Shown one piece after another: positions 36,096 to 49,499 of a stretch of 64,000 nucleotides of DNA. Position numbers and translations under genes: made by a program. The DNA comes from Octopus sinensis (taxonomy: Eukaryota), in the NCBI RefSeq assembly GCF_006345805.1, contig NC_043012.1, positions 46,252,001 through 46,316,000 of the forward strand, given 5' to 3'. The notes under the pieces were generated by a model. That model was not told the DNA's origin. It worked only from the letters and a program-made list of their open reading frames with translations, and did not search any database. Positions within the stretch are counted from its first letter, which is position 1; each line of letters starts with the position of its first letter.

Positions 36096-36869
36096 AATGG
36101 ACATGAGTTAGAATTATAGCTGTAACAAACGAGTGAAGAACGAATATATAATGCGTGTGTTTTATTTTTTACTAAAAAATGTGCCCATACCGAAATACAA
36201 CTATATATTTATATATACACATATTGTCAATAATAATAAGGGTAAAATTAATTAATTAATAATTAATTAATAATTAATGATTTTACCAAGCAGTGTTCAG
36301 TATGTAAAAGGACCAATTACGGTATATTTAAACATTACTTTATATAATTAGGCAAAAAAAAATACTTTACCGCACACCGAACTTTTAGAAATAGCAGCCA
36401 ATAATTTAGCTATTTCTCCTAGTATAAGAAGAGTCTCCCAGATAATGTATACTCAAAAACAATTCACGTAGGCATAGAGGGAAAAGGCCTTGCAACGAGA
36501 ATTATCCTCGACACTTCTCTTAATAAAGCGAAGAGTCCTGTCTGAGAGCCCTGTTGAACCTGGATGAGGTGATGTGGACTCCCTCCACTCTCTAGTGAAT
36601 TGCATAATGAATCTATTAACTGTAAAAAGCGGGACCTCAAGATTTTCTGCGATTTTAGGTTAAGTCCAACTTAACCCATAATATGGCCTCATTGAAATTC
36701 AAGCATTTCCAAGGTTTCTTTTATCCATAGCATGATTAACAAGTCACACACACACACTCACATGCAATCACACACACACACTCACACGCAAGCACACACG
36801 CACATACACGCACACACACACACACGCACTATATTGTATTATATTTTATGTTATATGTGTGTGTAGCTA

Positions 36870-36912
36870 GATAGGTAGATAGATAGAAAGACTGATAGAT
36901 AAATAGATAGAT

Positions 36913-37003
<91 letters not shown>
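36870..37003 (+). repeat. (GATA)n microsatellite
   Basis: Direct reading. Confidence 0.95.
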
Positions 37004-37006
<3 letters not shown>

Positions 37007-37400
37007 GTTTCTTTATTGGCCACACAGGGCAGCACACAGATGGGACAAGTTACAAGGTAGAGCTTTTCTTTTGAGGGATGAAAAAAACAAAAAACAAAAG
37101 AAACAAAAAAAAGGGGTGGCGTAGGTTTTCGATCAAGAGGGATTGTAAAAGGGAAGAAAAGAACAAAAAATAAATAAATAAATAAATAAAAAAAGAAGAA
37201 AAGGAAAAGGAACAAAAGAAAAGAGAAATGAAAAAAAAAAGAAAAAAAGGGGAAAAAAAGGGGAAGAGGAAAAAACGATCAATAGTGATCGTGTATCACA
37301 GTGTTATGATATATGGTGTAAAGGGGAAAGCAAGTAAGGTTTATCCGTGGGAAGAAAAGCCTACGAAAAAGACCACGGTAACCTTGGTCAATATTGTTAT
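37004..37400 (-). mobile_element. Probable 3' UTR of a Tx1/L1-type LINE inserted in (GATA)n
   Basis: Minus strand ends ...gtgtggccAATAAAgaaac then (TATC)n; T-rich UTR; GATA repeats resume at 37401-37412. Confidence 0.55.
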
Positions 37401-37968
37401 GATAGATAGATACATATTTACCCACACATACACATAAATTTTGCGCTATGAGAAAACTAATGCAGTTTCAGACTTCTGATAAAAGCAAATAATGAATGGA
37501 GGAATATATTTTGTTGCTATTTAAATCTAGCTGCAGAAGGTTTAAATCATTAATCAAATCCGTAGACTGATCTAAAACTTCTATCTAATTATCAATTAAT
37601 CAAATTATGAACGTTTGGAAACTTGAGTTATAATATATATGTACTAAGACTTCACAAATGACAGAAGGATAACTAAAACCTATTAACCATTAATTGGAAT
37701 GGAAACGAAACAAAAATATTGTCCGTGTTCCGTCTGTGTTGAACATTGCGATTTAGATGATAGATTGATTGATTTAGAAACTAATTCATGATTCAAGCAG
37801 TATTAATGAGAACTTTCTTATTTTCCGTGAAAGAGAAATCCTGGAATATATTTAACGGAGTCATGTCAGATAATTAATATTATCAGTGTGCACTATTTTG
37901 TAATTCAGCAATGCATAACCCTGATGTATGTATGTATGCATGCATGCAATCATGCATGTGTGTATGTA

Positions 37969-38020
<52 letters not shown>

Positions 38021-38032
<12 letters not shown>

Positions 38033-38984
38033 TATATATGTATTATGTACGTATGTATGAATGTATTTATGTATGTATGTAGATAATACTGTTTATAATA
38101 TCAGTGACATAGTATACATAAAAACACCTATAACGGTAAAACAAAATCAATTAATAATTAAGGGTACTAAGAAGCAGTGCCGGTATGCTAAATAGCAATC
38201 AAAATGACCAAACCACGCATTTTCACTTAAACGCAAAGCTGTAAGCGGGCAAATGTATAAACATTCACAAACGCCTTACCAATAGCGAAAATATTCGAAG
38301 AATGAAAAAGGTAGATATAAGCGTCTCACCGTGATTTCGAACTTTGAGAAAAACCCTTCGTTCGTATTTAGCGATACTTACTGACCCAGGGTTATAAAAA
38401 TGATTCATCTCACCAATGTATACGATGACCGTTTTAAATGCCGCATCAACTTTTAAAAGGTGGTCGAAGAGAATAGAAATTATTTAAATATATATGTGGA
38501 TGTTATTGTTTATAATACCAGTGGCTTAGCATGCGAACAAAAGCGGTAAAAAAATTATCAGTTAATAGTTAACGGTACTAACACGCAGTACTGGCATGCT
38601 AAATATAGCAGACACTGATATTACAAACAATAATATGCTCTTATATATTTGAATGGTTTTTACTCACTTCGATCACATTTTAAAAATTTGGTGCGGCATT
38701 TAAAACGGTCATCGCACATATTGGTCAGATGAATAATCTCTTTAACCCTGGGGTCAGTAAAACATGCTGAAGATAAACTTAGAGGTTTTCTCAAAGTTCG
38801 AAATCACTGTGAGACGAGTGTGTCTGGCTTTTTTAATTTTTGATTACTTTCGTCATCGCTACGGGGTTTTAGAATTTTATAGATTTTGTCACACCTTTCT
38901 GTCTAACTGAAAATTTGTGGTTTTGTTATTTAACTGCGATATTTAGCATACCGTTACTGCTTTCTAGTACACTTAATTTTATAT

Positions 38985-39026
<42 letters not shown>

Positions 39027-39985
39027 ATATATATACACACACACATATATATGTATTATGTACGTATGTATGAATGTATTTATGTATGTATGTAGATAAT
39101 ACTGTTTATAATATCAGTGACATAGTATACATAAAAACACCTATAACGGTAAAACAAAATCAATTAATAATTAAGGGTACTAAGAAGCAGTGCCGGTATG
39201 CTAAATAGCAATCAAAATGACCAAGCCACGCATTTTCACTTAAACGCAAAGCTGTAAGCGGGCAAATGTATAAACATTCACAAACGCCTTACCAATAGCG
39301 AAAATATTCGAAGAATGAAAAAGGTAGACATAAGCGTCTCACCGTGATTTCGAACTTTGAGAAAAACCCTTCGATCGTATTTAGCGATACTTACTGACCC
39401 AGGGTTATAAAAATGATTCATCTCACCAATGTATACGATGACCGTTTTAAATGCCGCATCAACTTTTAAAAGGTGGTCGAAGAGAATAGAAATTATTTAA
39501 ATATATATGTGGATGTTATTGTTTATAATACCAGTGGCTTAGCATGCGAACAAAAGCGGTAAAAAAATTATCAGTTAATAGTTAACGGTACTAACACGCA
39601 GTACTGGCATGCTAAATATAGCAGACACTGATATTACAAACAATAATATGCTCTTATATATTTGAATGGTTTTTACTCACTTCGATCACATTTTAAAAAT
39701 TTGGTGCGGCATTTAAAACGGTCATCGCACATATTGGTCAGATGAATAATCTCTTTAACCCTGGGGTCAGTAAAACATGCTGAAGATAAACTTAGAGGTT
39801 TTCTCAAAGTTCGAAATCACTGTGAGACGAGTGTGTCTGGCTTTTTTAATTTTTGATTACTTTCGTCATCGCTACGGGGTTTTAGAATTTTATAGATTTT
39901 GTCACACCTTTCTGTCTAACTGAAAATTTGTGGTTTTGTTATTTAACTGCGATATTTAGCATACCGTTACTGCTTTCTAGTACAC

Positions 39986-39993
<8 letters not shown>
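38021..39993. repeat. Tandem duplication, period 1013 bp, each unit an imperfect palindrome
   Basis: 38021-38980 vs 39034-39993 nearly identical (three substitutions spotted), separated and flanked by (TA)n. Confidence 0.95.
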
Positions 39994-40059
<66 letters not shown>

Positions 40060-40129
40060 CACAGGCCTAGCTGAGTAGTAAAAAGCTTGCTCCCTATTCT
40101 CACCGAAGCAACCAACGAACTCCTTGGAT

Positions 40130-40830
40130 TACGACTCAGCTTACTCACCAGAAGTTCCATAGCACGTGCTCTTCTCTCCGTCTTTTATCTTATCCTACGT
40201 GTCCTAGCCATCCTCGCTACCTTCACTCATCTTTCAGCATAATTTCTGTGGCGTAGTATATCTCTCTCGGTACTCAACTTTATGTTTAAAAGGAAGTTTG
40301 AAAAATCGATGCAGGCTTGGGCAAATAGGAAAAGCTTTTGTCTTCAATCAGATCAGTCTCGTCCACCACACAATCTCTTTCGCAAGAACATCAGACATAC
40401 GAAAACTGCTTATTCTTCCAGAAAGATGGAAGCTCTCGGACATCAGATGAATGATAGCCGGATCCGTCCTACAAGTGAAAGCAGCTGTTTCAACAAATCT
40501 GTACGAGTCACCAGTGCTGAGCACTATACGAGTATATGCAGGACGGTTTTTTCGCTCTGCACGAACCTTGAGCAGATGCAGCAGATGCCATTATCATGCT
40601 TATAAATAATATCTCGAACCAGCAATGCTCACATGGTAATAGTGTTTGGTTAATAATTTCTGGATATTATCTATAGTCACTCGTCCGAAAGGCCTCCAGA
40701 AAAGAACGGACAGTTGTGTTTCTATCAAGACGTCGACGCTCTCGTCTGCGAGTAACCCGCTATGGAACGCCGTGTAGGACTAGCCACCGAACGAGATGTC
40801 TGTCGCTGGAGGCATGCTTTAATAGACATG
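40130..40830 (-). mobile_element. Tx1/L1-clade LINE ORF2 C-terminal fragment, decayed
   Basis: CCICSRFVQSEKTVLHILV*C (CCHC-like), LLSLVGRIRLS, AVFVCLM, REILRH..VARMAR. Confidence 0.65.
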
Positions 40831-41911
40831 GTAGTTTTTTTGGAAATTGGTCAATGATAACTTGAATGATAAAGTGTAAATAGGAACTGTGCATTTGAGT
40901 GTTTCTGTCCGATTATTTACACTGTTGTACAAGTGTTGTTCAAGGTAACGTCATAAGCTTGTTCACATGAAATTCTCAGTGGAAGGGTTCTGCAAAACAT
41001 TTACAATAAAGAACTAATCATAAAACGCGATAAAAATAATGTTGCAACACTTCATAAACTTATATATTCATGGTAAGTTAGCGATTGTGAATAATATATG
41101 TTTAATGACAATGCAGGTAACATATGTGTTGAAACCTAATCATGGAAAACACTTTTGGAACTTGTTCAGTAAGTAGCGTTTTGAAAGTCCAGGAAATTTG
41201 TCTTTGTGCTTACCGAGGAATGCTATTATTCTAAAGTTTGCGGTATATGAAGATGTGACTCTTTATTTTAGGAGAGATTGGGCGAGCTGATTCATCTAAG
41301 TAAAACTAAGAGGTAGAGAAAAGGAAGAGAATGGACGGATTGTTTAAGATTATGATGAAATAATTAATTATAAATAATACAAAATGTGTGAAATGGAAAG
41401 AATCTAAAGTAGAAACTACTTCTCCCCTTTGCTGCCCACAGTCAGAATATACTTCGAAGGTGTACTTAGCAGGCAAGGGATTTGGTGTACAACCGTATGT
41501 TGAAACTGAAACGATTGCAGCGTGCAAGACACTGCGGCCATTCAAAAATACACAAAGACTGTTAAGTTCATTTAAACATGTAGGGTTTGGTGTTAAATGG
41601 GAAATTATCTTTTGTGTATTTTGTGTCTTTTTTGATATGTGCCTTCTACGCTACACGGGTTTCATCCAAAGCATAGGTTGGGGGAATAGACACATGAAAA
41701 TAAAGGTGTATAAGTTTTCTGTGAGATAAGGACAGCACGAATGGACACAATTTATATCTATAATATATGCAGAATTGTAATGAGAAATTTATGCCACAAA
41801 AGCGAGCGCTATTGATTATATAGTTATGTAATGAAATATCTAGTAAATAGAGATCAATATAATGTCACTCATTAAGAAGATAATTTTATATACACAGATT
41901 TTGTGTGTGCT

Positions 41912-41957
<46 letters not shown>

Positions 41958-41960
<3 letters not shown>

Positions 41961-43232
41961 GCGTTGGACAAAATAATGGAAACCTCTAGCATCATACCAT
42001 CATAATTTTGAAATATCTATAAAACCGTCAAAAACTTGTTTATTTAATGTTTTTTTGATTTATTATTAGTGTTGCTTAATACATTTTGCTAAATTTGCTG
42101 TTTCTTTTCAGATATCAGAGGAAAAAGGTAATTAAAATAAATTCAAATGACAGATCTATTGGACTTTCAAAGAGCTCAAATTGTTGGTGCTCATATGGCA
42201 GGTGCTAGCGTAATGAAGACAGCCGAAATGTTTGGTGTATCAAGAAGTACTGCCTCGAATGTAATGACAGGTTTTGAGAAAGAGGGAAAACCTCCTCGTC
42301 AAAGCAAAACTCCGGAAGGAAAACCAAAACTTTCAGATTGAGACCGTCGGACTCTAACGCCAATTGTTAGAAAGGATCACTAAACTACAGCTCCCAAAAT
42401 TACTGCAGAGATTAATGACCACCTCGAGAACCCAGTTTCAACAAGAAATGTTCGCTGAGAGCTGCACAAAGCTGGATTTCACGGGAGGGCTGCAATCAGA
42501 AAACTACTACTTTCAAAAACAAATGCCTGAAAGCGTTTAGAGTGGAGTAAAACCACACTGAATTTGTACCTGGAGCAGTGGAAGAAAACTATTTTCTCGG
42601 ACGAGTCATTCTTTACATTATTTCCGACCACCGGCCGAGTATACGTGTGGAGACAGCCGAAAGACACGTTTAACCCAGGCCGCCTTCTTCCAACTTTTAG
42701 ACACGGAAGAGGATCTGTGATGATCTGGGGGTGGGGATATATCTTGGAAATTCGCCAGCCTAATGGCTTTCCTTCATGGGAGAATTAATAGTCAAGATTA
42801 TTTAAGGATTTTATCTGATCAAATTCATCCTATAGTTGCGGAACTGTTTCTAGAGGGAAACGCAATCTTTCAAGATGATAATGCACCAATTCACACAGCT
42901 ACATTTGTTACTGAATGGCATAAGGACCATTCTAGTGAAGGTGAACATCTTATCTGGCCACCACAGTCCCCAGATCTCACTATTATTGACCATTTATGGT
43001 GCATTTTAGAAAAGTGCATCACTAGAAGAACTGAAGAACCCATCACTAGAAGAACTGGGGACTGCTTTAGCTGAAGAATGGACAAAAATTACTTTGGAAA
43101 CCATTCAAACCTTGTGCGATTCCATTCCTCGTATAATTCAAGCTGTAAGAACTACCAAAGGCAGTCTTACACCATATTAAAACATATTTGTTTGAAATTG
43201 TAAGGTGTTTCCATTATTTTGTTCAACTCCTG
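41958..43232 (+). mobile_element. Full-length Tc1-type DNA transposon, transposase disrupted
   Basis: 26-bp TIRs CAGGCGTTGGACAAAATAATGGAAAC / GTTTCCATTATTTTGTTCAACTCCTG with TA flanks; HTH MTDLLDFQRAQIVGAHMAGAS, IFSDES, SVMIWG, FQDDNAPIH, WPPQSPDL; stops and frameshifts. Confidence 0.93.
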
Positions 43233-45984
43233 TATATATTATCCTATAAAATATATTGTAAAACGATATTTCGTTTCGTTCCTTGATATGGGATGCATGT
43301 AATCGTGACTAGATGATATAGCATTCATATGATCTCAATCATTAACCCACCTCTGAAATATACTTCGATTCTTAATAACATTAATGTTTACAATAATGTG
43401 CTTATATAAAAGTTTTTGATTAAACATTTTGGTAACGATTAAGAAGTACAGTTAAATGTATTTATTGACTATGCGTGTGTTTGTCTATCTATACATACTT
43501 GTGTGTGCGTATGTATATATGTGTGCACTCGTGTCCGTGATATATGCGTGTTCGAGATCAGTGACTTTTCTTCACTGGAAAAAGGGTATATATATTTGCA
43601 TCGGAAGCCAGTTTTCATCGACAACCGGTGATTGTCATACGTGATGTCCCAGAAACTCGAGTGCTTGTATATCATGTCAGGTTGAAGATGGGAAGAATGG
43701 CTTTCCTTTGCAAATACTGATAGGGCACAGAAAGTGTGTCAATAGCCAGCTGGAGGAGATGTTCTCCTGTGGTTACAAGCTACAGTAGCATCCACCCTTA
43801 AGGGTTAGCCACATTTAAGTGGCAAATATACTTCACGATATATATATATATATATTCCGTAATTTTCTTCCGAAGAAAATCACCGTTACTTCATAATACA
43901 CAAGAAATCTCGCATGCAAGAAATCTGAATGTGATGTACTTAGCTCCATGCAATAGTACAATAAACAATGTCATTGCATTGGCCACTTTCACTTTATTTA
44001 CATTACGAAATATAAGTTTATGCTTACTCCATAAAAATTGATATTTTTAAGAATATTTTCTTATTTTGCTGCATATTTTTCATTTATATGGTTTCGGTTT
44101 TGCCAATAATGCAAAACTATTTGTTTTTCGCATATCCAAGCATTCCAAAAGATTAATATAAATGAGAACTACCTTCTTTGCTGTTACTATTATGATCGGT
44201 ATGTATTAGGTGACATGAAGTATTTCTACCTACATACTTTGCACCATTTACTCTTCCATAATTTATCAGTTCTTGGTTGAACAAAATTGGTGAATATTAT
44301 GTCCATAATGGAATTCAGTTTGATCCACGATGCTAGATAATGGATAACTTTCATTCCCTTGGTCTATAAATAAAGAAAGCACAACAAATTAGATTGAAGA
44401 CAATTTTGAGACAGGGAATATATTTTCTACTGGAATCATGGAGTAAGAACCGAACCTACAAACCAGTTGGGAAACTTGATACTTTCTAACTCCTTAATAA
44501 CATCATGGACATCAAATCCCTTATTGCCCTACAACCGACATTAACGCTGGCATTTATGTATTGATGCACTTATCATAATTAAAATAACTGAAATGGATTC
44601 TATAATAGATAATATAGAATACAAGCTAAAAATGAACAGAGCATTAATAATTTTATGTTACAGAATCAAATAAAACAGTAAAAATGCAACGCTAAAGTAG
44701 AAACGGTTTTTTCGTTTTTAATGTTGCTGATTTTCACATTTACCTTAGATTTAGGAAATTAATATATTTTGTAATTGCCATAACATGTCAAATTATAGGA
44801 TAACTTTTAAAAATATCAAGTCTACTATATTAGATGTTCAGTAATTAATTTTTAAATACAATGACATTTATGATATATAGTTTATGAAATCTTCAGCGAA
44901 GAGAAGAAATGAAAAAGATAGCTCATCTTGCATTAATATTATCGATTCTGTTCCGTTATCTTAATATATATATTTTTTTTTTCGGAAATATAATGTTAAA
45001 AAAGTATTTTCTATCACTAGTATATTGCTTAAACTCTATCGTTTTATCTACATTTACAAAATCATATCTAATTCTCAATACCTCAATGCATTTGTATTTC
45101 TAAGCGCATACCTAGAAACACACATAAATGTTATGCATGCATATTTCAATTTTGTATTTAATCTGAATATGCAATACTTTATTTGCTTTTATTACAAGAA
45201 CTAGAGAGCTCTATGCCGATGAATGTGTTTGTGTACTTTAAGGTGGCCATAATGAAACTCTAAGGTAGATTTACTGATATATTATCTCCCTTGATGTAAT
45301 AGAAGGAGTCTCAGTCCAATTGTACACTTAATAAAGTAACACAAAACGAAGAAATGTGAAATTTGTTTGCTACATGCAAAACAAAATGTGAAGCGTATTT
45401 GCATAATATTAAAATAAATGAGAAGGAAGCAACACCGTATTAATGTCCACCATATTGCCGAGACCACCGATTGCTGAAAACGTATAATACCCACAGCCAA
45501 GTTCATCCGCAGATAATATTAACATTAGCGGACTTTTCAAACTTCAGTAATTGAATAATCTCTGACATGTATGTATCTCTCTAATCAGCACAAATCTATT
45601 ATTAACGATTTTGTTTAAAAAACATATCTATTAGAATATATAACCTTTCTGCTAACGAGAACATTCTCAGTCATAATGCAGACTGCTATAAGTAAGAATT
45701 CACTATAATGATAACACGAAGTACATACAAACACTAATTTGAAATGTTAACGCACTAGGGGCATTATTTTCAGTGACATCGTTAATGATATGAGCATAGG
45801 CGGAGATATTGGTAATGAAGTTCAGAGTGGTGACACGGTAAATAAGGAAAATCATAATTTTGTACCTTTAGTAATTTTAATATTGCTAAAATCTAAACAA
45901 TGCTTTGTAAGTAATGTCTACTGATGTTAGTTACTAAACATCTGGAATTTTGAAGGAACCTATAAACGGGGCACTGAAGAAGAA

Positions 45985-46375
45985 ACCATAAGCTTACTTC
46001 CCAACCATATGGTTACGGGTTCAGTCCCACTGCGAGACAGGTTGGGCAAATGTCTCTATTACAGCCTGGAGCATACCAAAACCTCGTGAGTGGATTTGCT
46101 AGACAGAAAATGAAAGAAAGGCAGCGAGTTGGCAGAAACGTTAGCACGCCGGGCAAAATGCTTAGCGGTATTTCGTCTGCCGTTACATTTTGAGTTCTAA
46201 TTCCGCCGAGGTCGACTTTGCCTTTGATCCTTTCGGGGTCGATAAATTAAGTACCAGTTACGCGCTGGAGTCGATGTAATCGACTTAACCCCATTGTCTG
46301 TCCTCGTTTGTCCCCTATATATTTAGCCCCTTGTGGACAATAAAGAAATAAGAAACTGAAAGAAACCCGTATACG
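45985..46375 (+). mobile_element. SINE family B head interrupted by a nested family A SINE
   Basis: aagcttacttcccaaccatatggttacgggttcagtcccactgcg...gtgagtggatttgctagacag; resumes aaactgaaagaaacccgt after the insert. Confidence 0.8.
46120..46350 (+). mobile_element. Young SINE family A copy nested in a family B SINE
   Basis: ggcagcgagttggcagaaacgttagcacgccgggcaaaatgcttagcgg...caataaagaaata; 15-bp TSD with one mismatch (46105-46119, 46351-46365). Confidence 0.88.
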
Positions 46376-46395
46376 TATACACACACACATATATA

Positions 46396-47150
46396 AAGGG
46401 TGCGTAAGATATTTGAGGACAGATTTATGTTTATAAAAAAAAAACGATGTATAATAACAGATAATAAATGCTATGAGGATAAAAATAAAACTTCTTTTCT
46501 ATAATGTTGTTGAATAAAGCAACCTTTAGCTTCTGTATGAGATCTAAATCATGCACATGCTCAAATGAAGTAGTCCTGATTCATTTCGAACATTAATCTG
46601 ACTAATACAGCCTTAAAAGAATTTTTGGTGTTGTAGGCGTGTTCATTGATCCCTCACACAAAACGCTCCACATGTAGTAGTCCAATGGATTGAGGTCTGA
46701 GGAATTAGGAGGCCGAACGTTAAGGGTCATGTGATCATGAAAATTTTCAACCATCCATTCCTGTGTTACTAGAGCCATGTGTGATAGTGCGTGGACTTAC
46801 TGAAACACATTGTCCATCTAGGGCGTAACACTTATTTCCAGGATCTCAATGTTTGCGGGAAAGTTAACGCTAAAGTCTTGTAAGCAGGCATCACATATCC
46901 TTCATTGCTGACAACTCCTAAAACCATGACAATTGCAGGAAATTTTGTATACGTAACCCTTTGAACTACAGAAGGGTCTGCATATAACAATCTGTCATTT
47001 CTTCTGTTAACTTCTTGATCTTGGTCAATGCTTTCTCACGTTTGAGAAAACCAAATCAAATCTTCTGCTAGAATTTTCAGTTTGTTTAAGAGCATGACAT
47101 TTTTCCATCTTATGAAACTTATATCTGATGTCTTCGTGGACAACATTTAT
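46396..47150 (-). mobile_element. Decayed Tc1/mariner-superfamily (maT/DD37D-like) fragment
   Basis: Minus strand SHMALVTQEWMVENFHDH..RPPNSSDLNPLDYYMWSV resembles AH...TQ.W...WPPNSPDLNPLDY.VW; only one terminus seen. Confidence 0.65.
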
Positions 47151-47191
47151 TTGTACATATATGTATATATATGCATACATACATACATACA

Positions 47192-47238
<47 letters not shown>

Positions 47239-47318
47239 TTCTAATATAGGATTTTTTTTTCCAAAATTTCATCAAGTGGCCCGCATGTTAAAATACCTTT
47301 AAAGGTATCTATCTACTT

Positions 47319-47322
<4 letters not shown>

Positions 47323-47415
<93 letters not shown>
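47323..47415 (+). repeat. (TATC)n microsatellite
   Basis: Direct reading. Confidence 0.95.
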
Positions 47416-47724
47416 ATATATGTGTGTGTGTGTGTGTGTGTTGTGTGTGTGTGTGTGTGTGTGTGTTGTGTGTGTGTGTGTGTGTGTGTGCATATGTGTG
47501 TGTGTTGTGTGTTTATGTCTCTGAAAATTAGCGGAAAAAGTCATCGATAGAAAAAGTACCAGGCTGAAAAGAAAACATAAATACTGGGGTTGATTCATTC
47601 GACCAAATATTCTTCATGGAATAGCCCCAGCATAGCCGCCGTGTAATGGCTGCACACTCACACACACACACACACGCACACACACATACACACACGCACG
47701 CACACACACACACATATATATACA

Positions 47725-47862
47725 TGCGCAGGTGTGCCTATGTGGTAAGAAGCTTACTTCCCAACCACGTGGTTCCGGGTTCGGTCCCAGTGCGTGAGGC
47801 CTTGGGCATATGTCATGTGTTTTCTACCGCCTTGTGAGTGGATTTGGTAGACAGAAACTGGA
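47725..47862 (+). mobile_element. SINE family B 5' portion
   Basis: gcgcaggtgtgcctatgtggtaagaagcttacttcccaaccacgtggttccgggttcggtccc...gtgagtggatttggtagacagaaactg. Confidence 0.8.
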
Positions 47863-47911
47863 ATATATATATATAAAGAGATAGAGAAGGAGAGATAATT
47901 AGATATATATT

Positions 47912-48027
<116 letters not shown>

Positions 48028-48294
48028 TTCACTAAGAATACCTTTGAATAACTTAAAAGCGTATTGCCACACTCCGCAACATATTTAACGCTTATACACC
48101 TAAGCTTGCTTGATACACTACCCCTAACCTGGCTTTGCAGCTGTATTAGTCAGTATCTAATTGTATTCACCATAACTGAGTCACCCTCACTAGTTCATTT
48201 AATCAGTACTTTAAGCACGTTAGTGCTTTGAAAATGAGTATTTTGAACAATTCTGTTGAACTCAAATTACGATAAAATATCTTACAAAATGGTT

Positions 48295-48590
48295 CATTAA
48301 GTTAAGTTAAGTTAATTTTTTGGCTCAAAAAGCAAAGAACAAGGCCATGTAGGAGGACATGGAGTTATGTACAGGGTGGTGTTCAAGCAAAGAGTTCAAA
48401 ACATTTGTGGTCAAGAGAGACTTTGAACCGAGCGGTCGTCGGCATCTTCACTCTCTCGTCCGGCAGCTTATTCCACGGATCCGCGACCCCTCTCCTTCAA
48501 TTGAGATGAAATCGTCGCAGATAGAGCTTTTCGGAGTGACCCCGCAGCCGAGATCCGAGTGATATGCGATGAAATGTTCTTTTTACGCTA
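48295..48590 (-). mobile_element. CR1/L2-type LINE 3' end
   Basis: Minus strand LRGHSEKLYLRRFHLN..VADPWNKLPDERVKMPTTARFKVSLDH followed by short UTR and (TAACT)n tail. Confidence 0.8.
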
Positions 48591-49214
48591 TATTTGTGTT
48601 TATTTAACTACAAACATGGATCTAAAAAAGTGTTTAGTTTTGGATACCACGTCAAAGTAAACAAAGTACATGGTAAAACACAGTAAAACTAGAAAGGTAC
48701 GGTTTAAATGATACGGTCACTAACAACATGCAGTATTAAAACCGAGCGAAATAGGCTTTATTTACTCACCTGACGAGCGAAATAGGCTTTATTTGTAAAC
48801 TCACCTGACGTGACGCCTCTGCACCACGAGTTTCACTTCAACCAGTCGCACAGTATGATTCCTTCGATGGATCGATGCAAGCTGGGTCGAAACGATCGTT
48901 GTGAATAATAAAATTACTCATATTCAATGTTTCGTCTCATTTGTTATATACTCAACGAACACTAAGGTATTTCTCAGATAGATCCAGCGATAATTATGCA
49001 AATACCATGGATGATGTCAGGTAGACATAGGCAGTGAATATACCGCACCGCTTAACTACTAGGTGCATACCCAATACTTTGATAATTATATATATATATA
49101 TATGTATGTATGTATGTATGTATTTATATATATGTATATATATATATATAAATACATAAATACACACACACACACACACTTATATATATAATATATTCAT
49201 TTATTAAAAAAAAA

Positions 49215-49346
49215 ATTATTTACTTGTTTCAGTCATTTGACAGTGGCCATGCTGAAGCACCGACTTTAGTCGAGGAAATCGACCCTAAGACTTATTCTTT
49301 GTAAGCCTAGTACTTATTCTATCAATCTCTTTTGCCGAACCGCTAA
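49215..49346 (-). mobile_element. SINE family B 3' portion
   Basis: Reverse complement of ttagcggttcggcaaaagagattgatagaataagtactaggcttacaaagaataagtc...caaatgactgaaacaagtaaa. Confidence 0.8.
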
Positions 49347-49499
49347 TATATATAAACACTTTCTCACCTTCTCGAGCGTTAAACTAATAAACCTGTTTGT
49401 TATTTGTGATTTATACAAATAGTATTTTGTGATATATATACACACACAAATGTATGTACATATATATTTGTGTGCGAGTCTTTGCGTTCACGAATGTTT

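Noticed and set aside
38760-38820. CTGAAGA...GTTCGAAATC hammerhead-like spacing in the palindrome arm
   Set aside because: No G10.1-C11.1 closure, no valid stem III or UH triplet; the opposite arm lacks the core.
44268-44520. IMDN...-containing stretch resembling an IS630/Tc1 DDE region or a UTR exon
   Set aside because: Only one short motif matches; no TIRs; stops in all frames.
48745-48810. CTGACGA-GC-GAAA and direct repeats suggesting a ribozyme or CRISPR-like array
   Set aside because: Just a two-copy duplication of about 32 bp; no stem II loop, no spacers, no cas genes.
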